Counted from the stretch's first letter, positions 26,765-37,925 are shown. The stretch is 44,341 nt of DNA from Desulfotignum sp. (GCA_021737445.1 JAIPDY010000001.1:1-44341), one strand, 5' to 3'. Made by a program: numbers and translations. The notes: generated by a model not told the origin, from the letters alone.

Positions 26765-27823
26765 ATGGTATTGAGTAAAAAAGATCATCTCGTGGGTCTG
26801 GATATCGGGTCTTCCTGCATCAAGGTGGCTGAAATTCAAATATCTAAAAAAGGAAAAACCCTGAAAAAATTCGGCATGCGTTCAGTGGCTCCCGAAGCGA
26901 TTGTGGAAGGCCGGATCATGGATATGGAAGCGGTGGCTGATACGATTCGCACCCTGTTCAAATCTCAGAAAATCCGGGGAAAAAAAGTGGCTATATCCAC
27001 AGGGGGCCAGTCGGTTGTGATTAAAACCATCAACACTGCCAAAGTTCCGGAAAAAGACCTGCAGAAAGCTATTTTGGCTGAAGCGGAACAATATATTCCC
27101 TATGATATCGCGGATGTCAATATTGACTATCAGATCCTGGGGGAAAGCGAATTTTCTTCGGAGCAGATGAATGTGCTGCTGGTGGCTGTGAAAAAAGATC
27201 TGGTGGCTGAATACATGGATCTGACAGCCATGGCCGGATTGAATGCCGCAATTATTGATGTGGATACGTTTGCCCTGCAAAATATTTATGAAACCCTGCC
27301 CGGCCAGAATCCTGAAGAGATTACCCTGCTGCTGGATATCGGTGCGTCAAAAACAAGTCTGAATATTCTCAGGGATAATATCTCTATGATGATGCGTGAC
27401 AATGGATCCGGTACCCTCCAGGTCATTGAGGAAATTTCAGCCCGGTTTGAAACAGATCTTGTGACAGCTGAAAATATATTGCAGGCCCCTGTGGCAGATG
27501 CGCCTGATCCTCAAGTAATGGCATCAATTTTACAGGACCTTTCCAATATCTGGTGTTCAGAAATCAGTGAAGCCGTGCACACGTTTCTGGCCAATACCAA
27601 TGATGCTGGTATCAGCAAAATCGTATTAAGCGGGGGTGGTTCATACATACAGGGGTTTGCAGATGATCTGAAAACAGAACTGGAGGCTGAGGTGGTCATC
27701 ATTGAACCCTTTGGCGGACTGGATCTGGATGAAAAAAAATTTTCCAGAGAATTCATATCCCGGGTAGGCCCCCAGGCTCCCATTGCCCTGGGGCTTGCCC
27801 TGAGGCGGGTGGATGACAAATGA
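26765..27823 (+). CDS. pilM: Type IV pilus assembly protein PilM
   Basis: 'GLDIGSSCIK', 'QYIPY', 'LDIGAS', 'LSGGGS', 'IALGLALR'. Confidence 0.95.
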   Translation: MVLSKKDHLVGLDIGSSCIKVAEIQISKKGKTLKKFGMRSVAPEAIVEGRIMDMEAVADTIRTLFKSQKIRGKKVAISTGGQSVVIKTINTAKVPEKDLQKAILAEAEQYIPYDIADVNIDYQILGESEFSSEQMNVLLVAVKKDLVAEYMDLTAMAGLNAAIIDVDTFALQNIYETLPGQNPEEITLLLDIGASKTSLNILRDNISMMMRDNGSGTLQVIEEISARFETDLVTAENILQAPVADAPDPQVMASILQDLSNIWCSEISEAVHTFLANTNDAGISKIVLSGGGSYIQGFADDLKTELEAEVVIIEPFGGLDLDEKKFSREFISRVGPQAPIALGLALRRVDDK

Positions 27824-28386
27824 TACGTATTAACCTGCTGCCTTTCAGGCTGGCCAGAAAACGGGAAAATATCCGCCAGCAGGTCTCTATTTTCTTCCTG
27901 TCCATTATTTTGGTGGTGACGGGCCTGACCTGGTACACACTGGGGATAAAAAAGGCAATTGATGAAAAAAGGGTGGAAACAGAGCGAATCAATTCTGAAA
28001 TCGCTGTTTACAAGGAAAAGGCCGACCGGGTCACTGAAATTAAAAAACGTCTGAAAATTCTTGAAGACAAATTGAAAATTGTTGAGTCCCTTAAATTGAA
28101 AAGGGATGAACAGCTGTTGCTGCTGGAAGATCTCCAGGACCGAATTGTACCTGAACAGATGTGGATTGAAAGTGTAACCGCTGATGAAATTTCAGTGACC
28201 TTGACAGGCATTGCCTTTGATAATCCGACCATTGCCGATTTTATGAAGCGCCTTGAAACGTCAGATCTGTTTAAGGAAATTGACCTCAAACAGACCATAA
28301 GTAAAAAATTTGAAGGAGAGGTCAATCTTAAGGCGTTTGAGCTGCGGTGTCTGAAACGCTCTGAAATTAAGGGAAAGAAAGGCTGA
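27820..28386 (+). CDS. pilN: Type IV pilus assembly protein PilN
   Basis: 'MIRINLLP' motif, TM helix, coiled coil. Confidence 0.93.
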   Translation: MIRINLLPFRLARKRENIRQQVSIFFLSIILVVTGLTWYTLGIKKAIDEKRVETERINSEIAVYKEKADRVTEIKKRLKILEDKLKIVESLKLKRDEQLLLLEDLQDRIVPEQMWIESVTADEISVTLTGIAFDNPTIADFMKRLETSDLFKEIDLKQTISKKFEGEVNLKAFELRCLKRSEIKGKKG

Positions 28387-28388
28387 TA

Positions 28389-29036
28389 ATGGCTGAAGAG
28401 AAAAAGACTGACAAATCCGACAACAAAATAAAACAAAAACTGGCGGTGCTCTTTGAACGGGTGGGCAAGTTGAGCCGGCGCAACAGGCTGTTCATATGTC
28501 TGGGCACGCTTTTATTGATCGGTGGCGGATATTACTATTTTATTTTTATGCCAAAATATACCCAGTTGCAGCAGGCCATCCAAACCCTTGAAACCCAGTC
28601 CAATAAACTCAATATTGTCAAACGCCAGGCCAGAGAATTGAAAAAATGGGAAACTAAAATGGCCCAGGTGGAAGAAGCGTTTTATACTGCCACCAGGGCA
28701 TTGCCTGACAAAAAGGAGTTACCGTCCCTGCTGGACGCGGTTTCAAAAGCCGGCAGCAATGCAGGCCTTAATTTCTTACTGTTTCAGCCGGATCCGGAGA
28801 TCAATAGAGAATTTTACAAAGAAATTCCCCTGTCCATGAAAGTGGAAGGTACCTACCATCAGATTGCTGATTTCTTTTTTCAGGTTTCCCGGTTGAATCG
28901 TATTGTCAATATCAGAAACATTTCCCTGCGGCGGAATAAATCTGCCTCAGGCATGATTGATATGAGCTGCAATGCAGTGACCTATATGTTTGTGGAAGCG
29001 GATCAGGATCCCAAACAAAACAAAAAAAAAGGCTGA
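28389..29036 (+). CDS. pilO: Type IV pilus assembly protein PilO
   Basis: TM helix, 'LPDKKELPSLL', 'FYKEIP', 'GTYHQIADFF', 'RIVNI'. Confidence 0.93.
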   Translation: MAEEKKTDKSDNKIKQKLAVLFERVGKLSRRNRLFICLGTLLLIGGGYYYFIFMPKYTQLQQAIQTLETQSNKLNIVKRQARELKKWETKMAQVEEAFYTATRALPDKKELPSLLDAVSKAGSNAGLNFLLFQPDPEINREFYKEIPLSMKVEGTYHQIADFFFQVSRLNRIVNIRNISLRRNKSASGMIDMSCNAVTYMFVEADQDPKQNKKKG

Positions 29037-29047
29037 AATAAGGAACC

Positions 29048-29767
29048 ATGGAAAAGCAGTCAAACAGATGGATGTTGTTTCTGTGTATGATGCTGGTGGT
29101 GGTGCTGTTGTCAGCATGTGAAAAACCACCGGCCGAAGAATCTGCTAAAAAGCCTTCTGTTGTTTCGCATACCATGCCGTCATTACCCCGGGATGAAACA
29201 CCTTTATCCAAAAAGATCGATACTCAGAAAGACAGTCAACCAAAGGAAAAAAAAGTCACCCAAACCCCGGTCAAAAAGGATCAGGCCCAGCAAGCGCAAG
29301 ATGAAAGTGAGGCGGCCCGGGATGCGATTGAGGTTTTGCCGGTGCAGGCACCCCTTCCCCTGGAAACCGATAACAAAAAAAAAGAAAATGAAGATAAAGA
29401 ATATGTGACAAAAAGCCAACTGGATCCGTTCATGCCCCTGATCCAGGAACAAAAGCAAACACCTTTGAAAACCGAAAAACAGGATAAACCTTTGCGGGTA
29501 TTAACTCCTCTTGAAAAGATGGACTTGAGCCAGATCAAGCTGGTGGCGGTGGTGATTACTGACAGCCGGAAAATCGCCATGGTGGAAGAACCGACCGGTA
29601 AAGGATATGAAGTCAAAATCGGTACTTATATGGGTAAAAATGGGGGACAGGTTGTGGATATCACCTTTGAAAGCATTGTGGTGAAAGAAAAGGTCACAGA
29701 TTTTAAAGGTGACCAGACAGAACGCTTCCAGGAAATAAAACTTCATAAAACAGACAATGGGGAATAA
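29048..29767 (+). CDS. pilP: Type IV pilus lipoprotein PilP
   Basis: Lipobox 'LSAC', 'DPF', 'TPLEKMDLSQIKLV', 'GTYMGKNGG'. Confidence 0.9.
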   Translation: MEKQSNRWMLFLCMMLVVVLLSACEKPPAEESAKKPSVVSHTMPSLPRDETPLSKKIDTQKDSQPKEKKVTQTPVKKDQAQQAQDESEAARDAIEVLPVQAPLPLETDNKKKENEDKEYVTKSQLDPFMPLIQEQKQTPLKTEKQDKPLRVLTPLEKMDLSQIKLVAVVITDSRKIAMVEEPTGKGYEVKIGTYMGKNGGQVVDITFESIVVKEKVTDFKGDQTERFQEIKLHKTDNGE

Positions 29768-32099
29768 TATGGTTTTTTTTCAGTTTTACACCACCATTTA
29801 TCGGGTTCTGGCCGGTGTTTTGATTCTGGCTGTTTTGCTTGGATCCGGATGCACCTTCCTGAAAACTGAAAAGCCGGAATCATCAGATATCCCGGCCCAG
29901 GAGGATATACCGGCCGGGGTCAATTGGATTCATGCCATTGATGTGCAATCATCAGATAAGCAGGTTGATATTCGTATTAAGGCCAAAGACAGACTGGCCT
30001 ACACCTCCATTAAACAGGACTTTCCTTTTGGGATTGCCATCTATCTGCCTGATGCCAGAATTGATCCTGATTTAAAATCAGCAGCTGCTGTATCACCCGT
30101 GGAAACAATCAAAACCGGATATGCCGACAAGGAACAGACAACAGCCAAAATAGAGATTCTGCTGCATCAGGACCTGCCCTATGAGGTGAAAGAACAGGGG
30201 AATGATTTACAGATAAGCCTGCTTAAACCCCGGCCGGCAATTTCTCAGGCAGTCATTGAGGAATCACCCTCCCAGCCGTCGCTGGTATCATCGGCAAAAG
30301 ATCAGGACAAGCCAACATCACCAGAGATCGTTGTTCCAGAAACCGGTGCTGTGATGACGGGGGTTGAATTCAATACAAGTGAATCCGGTCATGCAGATAT
30401 CCGTGTGAAAACCACCCGGCCGGTCCGTTATGAAACAGTATGGCAGACTGATTCCCAGCTGAATCTGATCCTGCACAACACCCGGATACCAGCGCACCAC
30501 CAGCGACCGTTGCTGACAAAATATTTCAAGGCAGCTGTCGATCAGATTCTACCCAGATCCGGTGAAGATGGCACCAACGATGCAAAGATCGAAATAATGA
30601 TCAGAGAAAAAGTCCCCTTCCGGGTGGTCCAGGATCAGTCGCTTATTTCCCTGCGGTTTGATCCTGCCAGTGTTGATCCGCCACTGTTTGAAAAAGCGGT
30701 GAATCCGGTCATGGTTCATCCGGCCTGGGCCGGAGATATGCCTGAAAATGAAAGAGCACCGGATGTCGCAGCAGCGTCTTCTGGTATTGTTCAAGCCGCT
30801 CACCCTGTAAAAAGTCAGTGGGGAGCTGTGGCAGACCAGGAACAGACCCGGTATTCCGGAGAAAAAATAAAGCTGGATTTTTATGATACAGATATTAAAA
30901 ATGTCTTCCGGATACTCAGAAGTGTCAGCGGGTTGAATTTTGCCGTGGATAAGGATGTTCAGGGCAAGGTGACCATGACCCTGGAAAAACCGGTTCCCTG
31001 GGATCAGGTGCTGGATCTGGTGTTGAAGATGAACGGCCTGGGTAAAAAAATGGAAGGAGATGTGGTGCGTATTGCCACCATACAGACTTTGAAACAGGAA
31101 GAACAGGACCTGCAGGATGCCATTGCTGCACGCAAAAAAGCCCTGGACCAGAAAAAAAGCCTTGAACCGCTGGTAACCGAATATATTCCCATCAACTATT
31201 CCGATGCCCAGGCAGATATCCAGCCCCATATCACTTCTCTTTTGACTCCGGAACGGGGCAGTATTTCCGTGGATCAGCGAAGCAACATGGTTATTGTCAC
31301 AGATACAAAAGAAAAGGTGGATCAGATCCAGGAGATGATTTTCCGTCTGGATACAGTCACCCCCCAGATCATGATTGAAGCCAAGGTGGTGGAAGTGACC
31401 AGAGAATTTTCCAGGAACATTGGGGTAGGGTGGAATCTTTCCACTGATGCCGCTGTTTCTTCCGGTTTTGTAAATGATATGAATGTATCTGTGAACAATC
31501 CGATAGGTGACGGTGGGGTGAGCGGGGATTTTTCATTTTTCAGGCTGTTTGGTTCATCCCGGCTGGCATTGAACGCAAAACTGGCGGCATCAGAAGCGCA
31601 AGGGGATGTCAGAATTGTTTCTTCTCCGCGCATACTGACCCTGGATAATAAAAAAGCCAGAATCAAGCAGGGGATGGAATACGCATATCTTGAACGGGAT
31701 GATGCAGGCGGCTCTTCTGTTCAGTTTAAAGATATTGACCTGCTGCTGGAGGTGACTCCCCATGTGACCCCGGATGAGCGGATCTCCATGCGGGTTTTTC
31801 TGACAAAAAATGATATTGCCGGTATTACACCCAGTGGTGCCCCCACCCTTGCCACCAATGAAACAGAAACAGAACTGCTGGTGAACAACAATGACACCGT
31901 GGTCATCGGCGGCATTGTTAAAACAACCACAAACAGAGACAAAACAGGACTGCCGTTTTTAACAGGTATTCCCATCCTGGGAAATATGCTTCTGGGCAGC
32001 ACGCTGAAGGAAGACACGCGAAATGAGCTGCTCATATTTTTGACCCCTTCCATTGTGCAGCTGGAGCAGAAGCGGAACCCAAGCCGTTCTCCTGATTAG
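29757..32099 (+). CDS. pilQ: Type IV pilus secretin PilQ
   Basis: AMIN-like N-terminal domains, 'YSGEKIKLDF', 'VPWDQVLD', 'QIMIEAKVVE', 'SSPRILTLDN', 'ELLIFLTP'. Start may be 29769. Confidence 0.95.
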   Translation: MGNNMVFFQFYTTIYRVLAGVLILAVLLGSGCTFLKTEKPESSDIPAQEDIPAGVNWIHAIDVQSSDKQVDIRIKAKDRLAYTSIKQDFPFGIAIYLPDARIDPDLKSAAAVSPVETIKTGYADKEQTTAKIEILLHQDLPYEVKEQGNDLQISLLKPRPAISQAVIEESPSQPSLVSSAKDQDKPTSPEIVVPETGAVMTGVEFNTSESGHADIRVKTTRPVRYETVWQTDSQLNLILHNTRIPAHHQRPLLTKYFKAAVDQILPRSGEDGTNDAKIEIMIREKVPFRVVQDQSLISLRFDPASVDPPLFEKAVNPVMVHPAWAGDMPENERAPDVAAASSGIVQAAHPVKSQWGAVADQEQTRYSGEKIKLDFYDTDIKNVFRILRSVSGLNFAVDKDVQGKVTMTLEKPVPWDQVLDLVLKMNGLGKKMEGDVVRIATIQTLKQEEQDLQDAIAARKKALDQKKSLEPLVTEYIPINYSDAQADIQPHITSLLTPERGSISVDQRSNMVIVTDTKEKVDQIQEMIFRLDTVTPQIMIEAKVVEVTREFSRNIGVGWNLSTDAAVSSGFVNDMNVSVNNPIGDGGVSGDFSFFRLFGSSRLALNAKLAASEAQGDVRIVSSPRILTLDNKKARIKQGMEYAYLERDDAGGSSVQFKDIDLLLEVTPHVTPDERISMRVFLTKNDIAGITPSGAPTLATNETETELLVNNNDTVVIGGIVKTTTNRDKTGLPFLTGIPILGNMLLGSTLKEDTRNELLIFLTPSIVQLEQKRNPSRSPD

Positions 32100-32851
32100 T
32101 CCATGGCAGACAGCCGGTTTCTGGCGGTTTTTGTCAGCCCGGAATTTTCATCCGCATATTGCAGTACCTTCTGCCAGGACTTTCTGGCCTTTTCAATCCT
32201 GCCGCCGGCCTCATGGACCCGGGCCAGATCAGCGTGGAGAATGGCGGCATCCGGGTCCCTTTGAAGGCAGGCTGTCAGAAATTTTATGGCCTTGTCTTCC
32301 TGCCGGGTTTCAAGAAATACCCGGGCCAGCCCGTGGGAGGCTGTTATAAATCCGGGTTTTTCATCCAGGGCCTGTAAAAAATAGGATTCCGCCTGCATGT
32401 AATCCTGCTTTCCCAGATACGCCCACCCCAGGTTGGAAAGAGGAAACTGAGGGGTGGGATATAAAAGATCATCCAGCACCTTTTTAAATGCGGAAATGGC
32501 CATGTCCCATTTTTCCTGGCGCAGATAAGCAGCCCCGAGATTGTTGAGGGCTTCAGTGTAATCCGGCTTCAGGTCCAGTGCTTGCTCCAGTGAAGATACA
32601 GCCAGGTCATCTCTGCCCTTCCCCATATAGGCCAGGGCCAGACTGTTGAGCAGATAAGGGTTGTCCGGCATCATTTTGCGGGCGTCCAGCAGTCTGGACA
32701 GGGCCGCAGTATAATCCCCCTGCAGCAAAAGAGCATCCCCCTGTGTCTTGACAGCCTCAGCCAGCCTGGATTCGTCATGGCGGGATACGCTGGTGCACGC
32801 AAAAGATATTGAAAGGCAAAACAGAAAAACCCAGATCAGGTGCTGTTTCAT
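32096..32851 (-). CDS. TPR lipoprotein, PilF/PilW/Tgl-like pilotin
   Basis: Start placed at MKQHLIW (32851). Lipobox 'SFAC', TPR repeats, 'LLYPTPQFPLSNLG'. The ORF-track upstream extension overlaps the neighbouring gene. Confidence 0.75.
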   Translation of the reverse strand: MKQHLIWVFLFCLSISFACTSVSRHDESRLAEAVKTQGDALLLQGDYTAALSRLLDARKMMPDNPYLLNSLALAYMGKGRDDLAVSSLEQALDLKPDYTEALNNLGAAYLRQEKWDMAISAFKKVLDDLLYPTPQFPLSNLGWAYLGKQDYMQAESYFLQALDEKPGFITASHGLARVFLETRQEDKAIKFLTACLQRDPDAAILHADLARVHEAGGRIEKARKSWQKVLQYADENSGLTKTARNRLSAMD

Positions 32852-32871
32852 TGTTAATCCTTGTGAAAACA

Positions 32872-34329
32872 TTATGGTTTCAGGTGAAGATACCGGATCT
32901 GTTCGGCATCTAAAAATTTTCGGCCGCTGGAAGGTAATGGATTGCGTGAAATAAACAGGCGGCTTTCTGATTGCTCCGCATAAATACCTGTCAGGGTTTC
33001 CACTGTTCCATGATGATTGAAAGCGGGGTTCTCCCATATGTTATATCCCAGAGCGGACAGCAGATGCTGAATCTGGTCTTCTAAAGGCTGTCCCAAAGGA
33101 AAAGACAACACCTCAAGTCCCATGTCCCGGATGGCAGTGATCCCCTGTCCGTAAATATTGCCGAAGTTGAGCAGCAGGTCAGGCTGATCCGGCCTTTTTA
33201 CGCGGTTCAAAGTGGCAGATACCGGGATATGGTTCACGGAAAATCTGATTTTTTCTTCGGGAAAATATTCAAATTCGGTTTTAGATAAAAGTTCGGAGAC
33301 CGTTTTTTTTAATGAATGAATCGTGGGGGGGGGCGGTACTGTTCCGATATTTTTCAGCTTATTGATCACCTTGTCAAAGGGTTCAATTTTTAACTGTTGC
33401 CAGTATGAGGTAATATTCTGGAGCAATTGTCTGTCCAGAACATGGCCGGCACCTGAATAATCGGGGATGATCAGAATTTTTTCACCCTGTTTATCAGTCT
33501 CAATCAACGGGATTTTGGAAAGATCCAGGTGACCATCTTTTCTTCCGTCTCTGCCGGGGAAAACCATTTTTCCCTGATGAATTAATTTTCCATTGATGGC
33601 AGCCGCATACTGCTGTAATTGCTGAATCTGGTAATGGGAGACAGTCTGTTGCCTGATCTGCCGCTCAGACAGAGCGGTTCTGTCAGAGGTCAGAAATGAC
33701 CTGAACCAGGGCTGTTTCAGGATGGATGGTTCTGGAATCTTCACCCGGTCACCCGGGTGAATCAGGTGGATATTTTTGATATCAGGGTTCAGGTGGTAAA
33801 AAAGAATACGGCCCTCCCGGGTGATGCCTCCGCCCTGTTTTAAAAATGGTTCATCCATAAGCGCGGATATCACTTCACCGGGCGCAATGGTATGGTTCCG
33901 GATATGCGGGGCCAGGTTGAAGGGCTCTTTTATGTCATGAAATTCCACCACCGGTACTTCCACCATACCGGTATCATCAGGTGTAAATTCTTCTTTGTCT
34001 ACCATTTTTAAAGGAATCAGAATCCGGGCACCCGCAGAGATGGCATCAATGTTGTGAATATGGGGGTTGAGCTGTTTGAAAATAGATATAAAAAGAGGAA
34101 AATCATGTTCAGCGATTTCCCCTTTCTGCTTTAAAATTTTATAGAGCCAGTCGTTTTTTTTTACAATATAGGGCTCACACAGGATATCCTGGTTTTGATG
34201 AGTGAATATAAAATAGTGTTTGTAAGAGGTCTTTATTCCTTTGGCAGCCAGAAAAGAGGGCAGGCCTGTCATGAGGAGCAATATGCAGGTCAGTGTGCCA
34301 GCCAGGTTTTTGTATCCGGAAAATTTCAT
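32872..34329 (-). CDS. Exported protein with LysM-like repeats
   Basis: Signal peptide and two LysM-like segments ('YIVKKNDWL...LNPHIHNIDAISAG..I.IP', 'LNPDIKNIHLIHPGDRVKIP'). Confidence 0.7.
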   Translation of the reverse strand: MKFSGYKNLAGTLTCILLLMTGLPSFLAAKGIKTSYKHYFIFTHQNQDILCEPYIVKKNDWLYKILKQKGEIAEHDFPLFISIFKQLNPHIHNIDAISAGARILIPLKMVDKEEFTPDDTGMVEVPVVEFHDIKEPFNLAPHIRNHTIAPGEVISALMDEPFLKQGGGITREGRILFYHLNPDIKNIHLIHPGDRVKIPEPSILKQPWFRSFLTSDRTALSERQIRQQTVSHYQIQQLQQYAAAINGKLIHQGKMVFPGRDGRKDGHLDLSKIPLIETDKQGEKILIIPDYSGAGHVLDRQLLQNITSYWQQLKIEPFDKVINKLKNIGTVPPPPTIHSLKKTVSELLSKTEFEYFPEEKIRFSVNHIPVSATLNRVKRPDQPDLLLNFGNIYGQGITAIRDMGLEVLSFPLGQPLEDQIQHLLSALGYNIWENPAFNHHGTVETLTGIYAEQSESRLFISRNPLPSSGRKFLDAEQIRYLHLKP

Positions 34330-35834
34330 GGGTCAACAGGGGACAGGGCCATTTTTTTAGCGATTTTTGTGCTGATGTTCTGGACAAATTGTGTAAATTC
34401 TGATTTCCCAAGCCGTTTTTCCTGGGATGGCACAAGGTCTGGATTATCCGGGGAAATCAGTTCCGGCAGGTTGATGCGGTCCGGGTCCGGTACAATGTGA
34501 TAGGATCGGGGGATCTGATTTTTAAAATAAAGATCCTGAAATTCGGAAAATTTAATGGCATGGGCAGTGGCATCCAGAACAGCGGTCTCATTGACGGAAA
34601 TCAGATCCATTGCCCGGGCTTTGACAAGACCGGCCAGGCATTCTCCTCCCTGGGTACAGGCAATGTGGCCGTTCTGGTTGGCAGTGAGCTGCCAGTCCAT
34701 GATGGCCTGTTCGGTTACCTGGACAAAAAATACATTGTCATGCCCGGATTCCCGGTTGTATTCTTCGGCAATAGCGACCACCCGGGGCATGGATACCGGG
34801 TTGCCGATCATGGCAGCCTGGGCCACGCTGGGGCGGGTGTCCACCGGAGTAAAAATCCGCTTTGTTTTATCCGGCTCCAGATAATATTGATATACCGGGT
34901 CAGCATGTTCAGACTGGACCCCGAGGATTTTAGGCAACTGGTTGATGATGCCGGCCTTGAAAAATTTTAAAAACCCGTTCATAACAGCAGAAATGTTACC
35001 TGCGTTTCCAATGGGGACCACCACTGCCTTATGGGTCATATCCCAGTCAAAATCCTGGGCGATCTCATAGGAATATGACTCCTGGCCCAGAATCCGCCAG
35101 GCGTTTTTGGAGTTGAGCAGAGCCACCGGGTACTGGCTTGACAATTGCTCCACGATTTTCATGCAGTCGTCAAACACCCCCGGAATTTCAAATACTCTGG
35201 CACCGCTGCCCAAAGGCTGGGACAATTGCTGGACAGTGACTTTTTTATTTGGCAGCAGCACTGCTGATTTGACCAGGGGGCCCAGGTATGAGGCATACAG
35301 GGCCGCGGCCGCCGAGGTGTCGCCGGTGGAGGCACACACCGCAATGACATCAGAGACAAAGCCCTGGTCAATGAGATATTTGATGCAAGACAGGGCAGAA
35401 GCCATGCCCCTGTCCTTGAATGAGGCACTGGGGTTCTGGCCGTCATTTTTATAAAAGAACCTGAGCCCGACTTTATCCTGGAGAAAGGCGGATGCCTCCA
35501 CCACCGGTGTATGGCCTTCTCCCAGGTAAATAATGGATTCCAGGGGAATGATGGGGCCGATGAATTCGTGGTATCGGTAAATACCTTTCAAGGCGGGGAT
35601 CTTCAACATTCTGCGATAGTCAAAGATCTGCTGCCAGGTGGTGCCGGAAATTTTATGAAGCTCGGCCTGGTTCTGGTTATGGATCATCAGGACGGCGCCG
35701 CATTCGGGGCAGACATATAACAGTTTTTCCACTGAATGCCGGGCTCCACAGCCCAGACATTTGTAAAAAAGCTCCCCTTCGGGCCGGGGGATGAGATGGG
35801 GCCGGATATGTTCGGGAAACAGATCAGGTTTCAT
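34326..35834 (-). CDS. thrC: Threonine synthase
   Basis: PLP lysine motif '[10 protein letters not shown]', '[10 protein letters not shown]', 'PIGNAGN' and N-terminal CxxC pairs. Start placed at MKPDLF (35834). Confidence 0.92.
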   Translation of the reverse strand: MKPDLFPEHIRPHLIPRPEGELFYKCLGCGARHSVEKLLYVCPECGAVLMIHNQNQAELHKISGTTWQQIFDYRRMLKIPALKGIYRYHEFIGPIIPLESIIYLGEGHTPVVEASAFLQDKVGLRFFYKNDGQNPSASFKDRGMASALSCIKYLIDQGFVSDVIAVCASTGDTSAAAALYASYLGPLVKSAVLLPNKKVTVQQLSQPLGSGARVFEIPGVFDDCMKIVEQLSSQYPVALLNSKNAWRILGQESYSYEIAQDFDWDMTHKAVVVPIGNAGNISAVMNGFLKFFKAGIINQLPKILGVQSEHADPVYQYYLEPDKTKRIFTPVDTRPSVAQAAMIGNPVSMPRVVAIAEEYNRESGHDNVFFVQVTEQAIMDWQLTANQNGHIACTQGGECLAGLVKARAMDLISVNETAVLDATAHAIKFSEFQDLYFKNQIPRSYHIVPDPDRINLPELISPDNPDLVPSQEKRLGKSEFTQFVQNISTKIAKKMALSPVDP

Positions 35835-37104
35835 TTTCAATTGTTTTTTGACCTCCCATATATGGTACCAGTACTTCAGGTATCTTGACGGTGCCGTCTG
35901 ACTGCTGATAATTTTCCAGGATTGCGGCAAAGGTTCTGCCAACAGCCAGGCCGGAACCGTTCAGAGTATGACAGAATTCCGGTTTTTTTGTGTTTTCCCG
36001 CTTGAATCGGATGTTGGCCCGCCGGGCCTGGAAATCAAGACAATTGCTGCATGAGGAAATCTCCCTGTATCTGTTTTGTCCCGGCATCCACACTTCGATA
36101 TCATAGGTTTTGGTGGCGGAAAATCCCAGGTCGCCGGTGCAAAGGGTCAGGATCTGGTAGGGCAGTTCCAGGCGCTGAAGGATTGTTTCCGCATTGGCCA
36201 GAAGGGATTCCAGTTCATCAAAAGAGGATTCCGGTGTGGTGATTTTCACCATTTCCACTTTATTGAACTGATGCTGCCGGATCAGTCCTTTGGTATCCCG
36301 GCCGTAGGAACCGGCCTCAGATCTGAAACAGGGCGTATACGCAGTAAATTTAAAGGGCAGATCCTTTTCCGCCAGGATTTCTCCGGCATAAATATTGGTC
36401 ACCGGTACTTCCGAGGTGGGAATAAGGTAGTAATCCAACCCCTCAAGTTTGAACAGGTCTTCTTCAAACTTGGGCAGCTGACCGGTACCGGTCATGGTGG
36501 TGCGGTTGACGATAAACGGGGGAAGGGTTTCTTTGTACCCATGCTCCAGAGTATGAATATCCAGCATAAAATTGATCAGGGCCCGCTCCAGGCGGGCACC
36601 TGATCCCAGGTATAAAGGAAAGCGGGCTCCGGCCAGCTTGGCGGCCCGGCCAAGATCCAGAATGCCCAGCGCTTCTCCGATATCTGCGTGGTCCTGAACA
36701 GGAAAATCAAACTGCCGTGGGGTGCCGTGGGTTTTTTCCAGGCGGTTTTCGGTATCATTCTTTCCCTTGGGGACATCTTTGTGGGGAAGGTTGGGCAGGG
36801 TGATCAAAAAAGAGTGGATGGCAGTTTCAACTTCAGCAAGGTCTTTGTCCAGGCCCTTAATGGTGTCTGACACAGACCGCATTTTATTGATGCTGGAGTG
36901 GGCATCCTGGCCGGCCCGCTTCATTTTGGCGATATCATCGGAGACCACATTTCGCTGGTGCCGCAATTTCTCAATTTCCAGCAGCAGTGTTTTTCTTTTT
37001 TCTTCATTTTTCAAAAGTACTGAAAAGTCAATGGATGCCCCGCGCTTTTCCATTCCTTTTTGAACGGTTTCAAGATCATTTTTAATATATTTTAAATCCA
37101 GCAT
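35824..37104 (-). CDS. serS: Seryl-tRNA synthetase
   Basis: 'MLDLK', 'TGQLPKF', 'LIPTSEV', 'CFRSEAG', 'RQHQFNKVE', 'EISSCSN', '[12 protein letters not shown]'. Confidence 0.98.
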   Translation of the reverse strand: MLDLKYIKNDLETVQKGMEKRGASIDFSVLLKNEEKRKTLLLEIEKLRHQRNVVSDDIAKMKRAGQDAHSSINKMRSVSDTIKGLDKDLAEVETAIHSFLITLPNLPHKDVPKGKNDTENRLEKTHGTPRQFDFPVQDHADIGEALGILDLGRAAKLAGARFPLYLGSGARLERALINFMLDIHTLEHGYKETLPPFIVNRTTMTGTGQLPKFEEDLFKLEGLDYYLIPTSEVPVTNIYAGEILAEKDLPFKFTAYTPCFRSEAGSYGRDTKGLIRQHQFNKVEMVKITTPESSFDELESLLANAETILQRLELPYQILTLCTGDLGFSATKTYDIEVWMPGQNRYREISSCSNCLDFQARRANIRFKRENTKKPEFCHTLNGSGLAVGRTFAAILENYQQSDGTVKIPEVLVPYMGGQKTIENET

Positions 37105-37277
37105 TCTTATCCTTGGTATATGTCGGGTTTGGGTTGTTATACTTGTGTGTTACAGGTTCTGTACAATTCTAACCAAATAGCATGTGACTTGTGAACAGTC
37201 AATGGATTATTGCAGGTTGACAATCGGGCACTTGTGTATAATATTTGGATAAATTTTTTTTGTAACCACAAGGAAAA

Positions 37278-37871
37278 ATGATTATGGAAGAGGTGAAAAA
37301 CACAAAAACCGGCATACTGGCACAGGTGGCTGAGAGGCTGGACATATTTACAAAACAGGAACGTGAAGCCAAATACTTACTGATTGAAAACAAGGTATTT
37401 GAATTTGCCAATTTCATGGAAGCCCAGGTGTCATTCATGCACACCGTCGGCAATACCCAGATTCCCATGGAAGAGATCATACGAAAATCGCTTCACATTG
37501 AAAAAACAATTGTCCTGCCGGTGTTCACTGATACAAAAAATGCGTTTCATCTTTGTAAAGTCACTGATTATGACAGGGATCTGCTGCTGAATGCCGGTGA
37601 TGTGCTGGAGCCGAATCCTGAAAAATGCAAAAAAGTTTCCCTGGATGACATTGATATCGCCTTCATCCCGGGCCTGGCATTTGATGATAAAGGCGGACGA
37701 ATCGGATTCGGCAATAATTATTATACAAGACTTATCACGAAACTACCGGAAACCTGCAGAAAAATATCCCTTGCCTTTGAAGAGCAGATCGTGGATCAGA
37801 TCCAGATGGATTCCAGAAAGCACACTGTGGATATTATTATCACGGACAAACGGGTCATTTATAAAATTTAA
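37278..37871 (+). CDS. 5-formyltetrahydrofolate cyclo-ligase
   Basis: 'IPGLAFDDKGGRIGFGNNYY', 'VLP', 'DIIIT'. Confidence 0.88.
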   Translation: MIMEEVKNTKTGILAQVAERLDIFTKQEREAKYLLIENKVFEFANFMEAQVSFMHTVGNTQIPMEEIIRKSLHIEKTIVLPVFTDTKNAFHLCKVTDYDRDLLLNAGDVLEPNPEKCKKVSLDDIDIAFIPGLAFDDKGGRIGFGNNYYTRLITKLPETCRKISLAFEEQIVDQIQMDSRKHTVDIIITDKRVIYKI

Positions 37872-37891
37872 AGCAGTAACCTTAAAATAAC

Positions 37892-37925
37892 GGCTCAGGG
37901 CCTTCCCCTTAGGGTGCCCTGAGCC
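37892..37925. terminator. GC-rich hairpin between convergent genes
   Basis: GGCTCAGGGC-N14-GCCCTGAGCC is a perfect 10-bp stem. On the minus strand it is followed by GTTATTTT. Confidence 0.55.

Noticed and set aside
35824-37104. serS as part of a selenocysteine locus
   Set aside because: SerRS does charge tRNA-Sec, but it is a universal housekeeping gene ~29 kb from hgcB, and no selABCD genes are in the window.
37105-37277. 6S RNA upstream of 5-formyl-THF cyclo-ligase
   Set aside because: This linkage is common elsewhere, but the spacer is short and AT-rich, holds divergent promoter-like elements, and shows no long rod-like self-complementarity.
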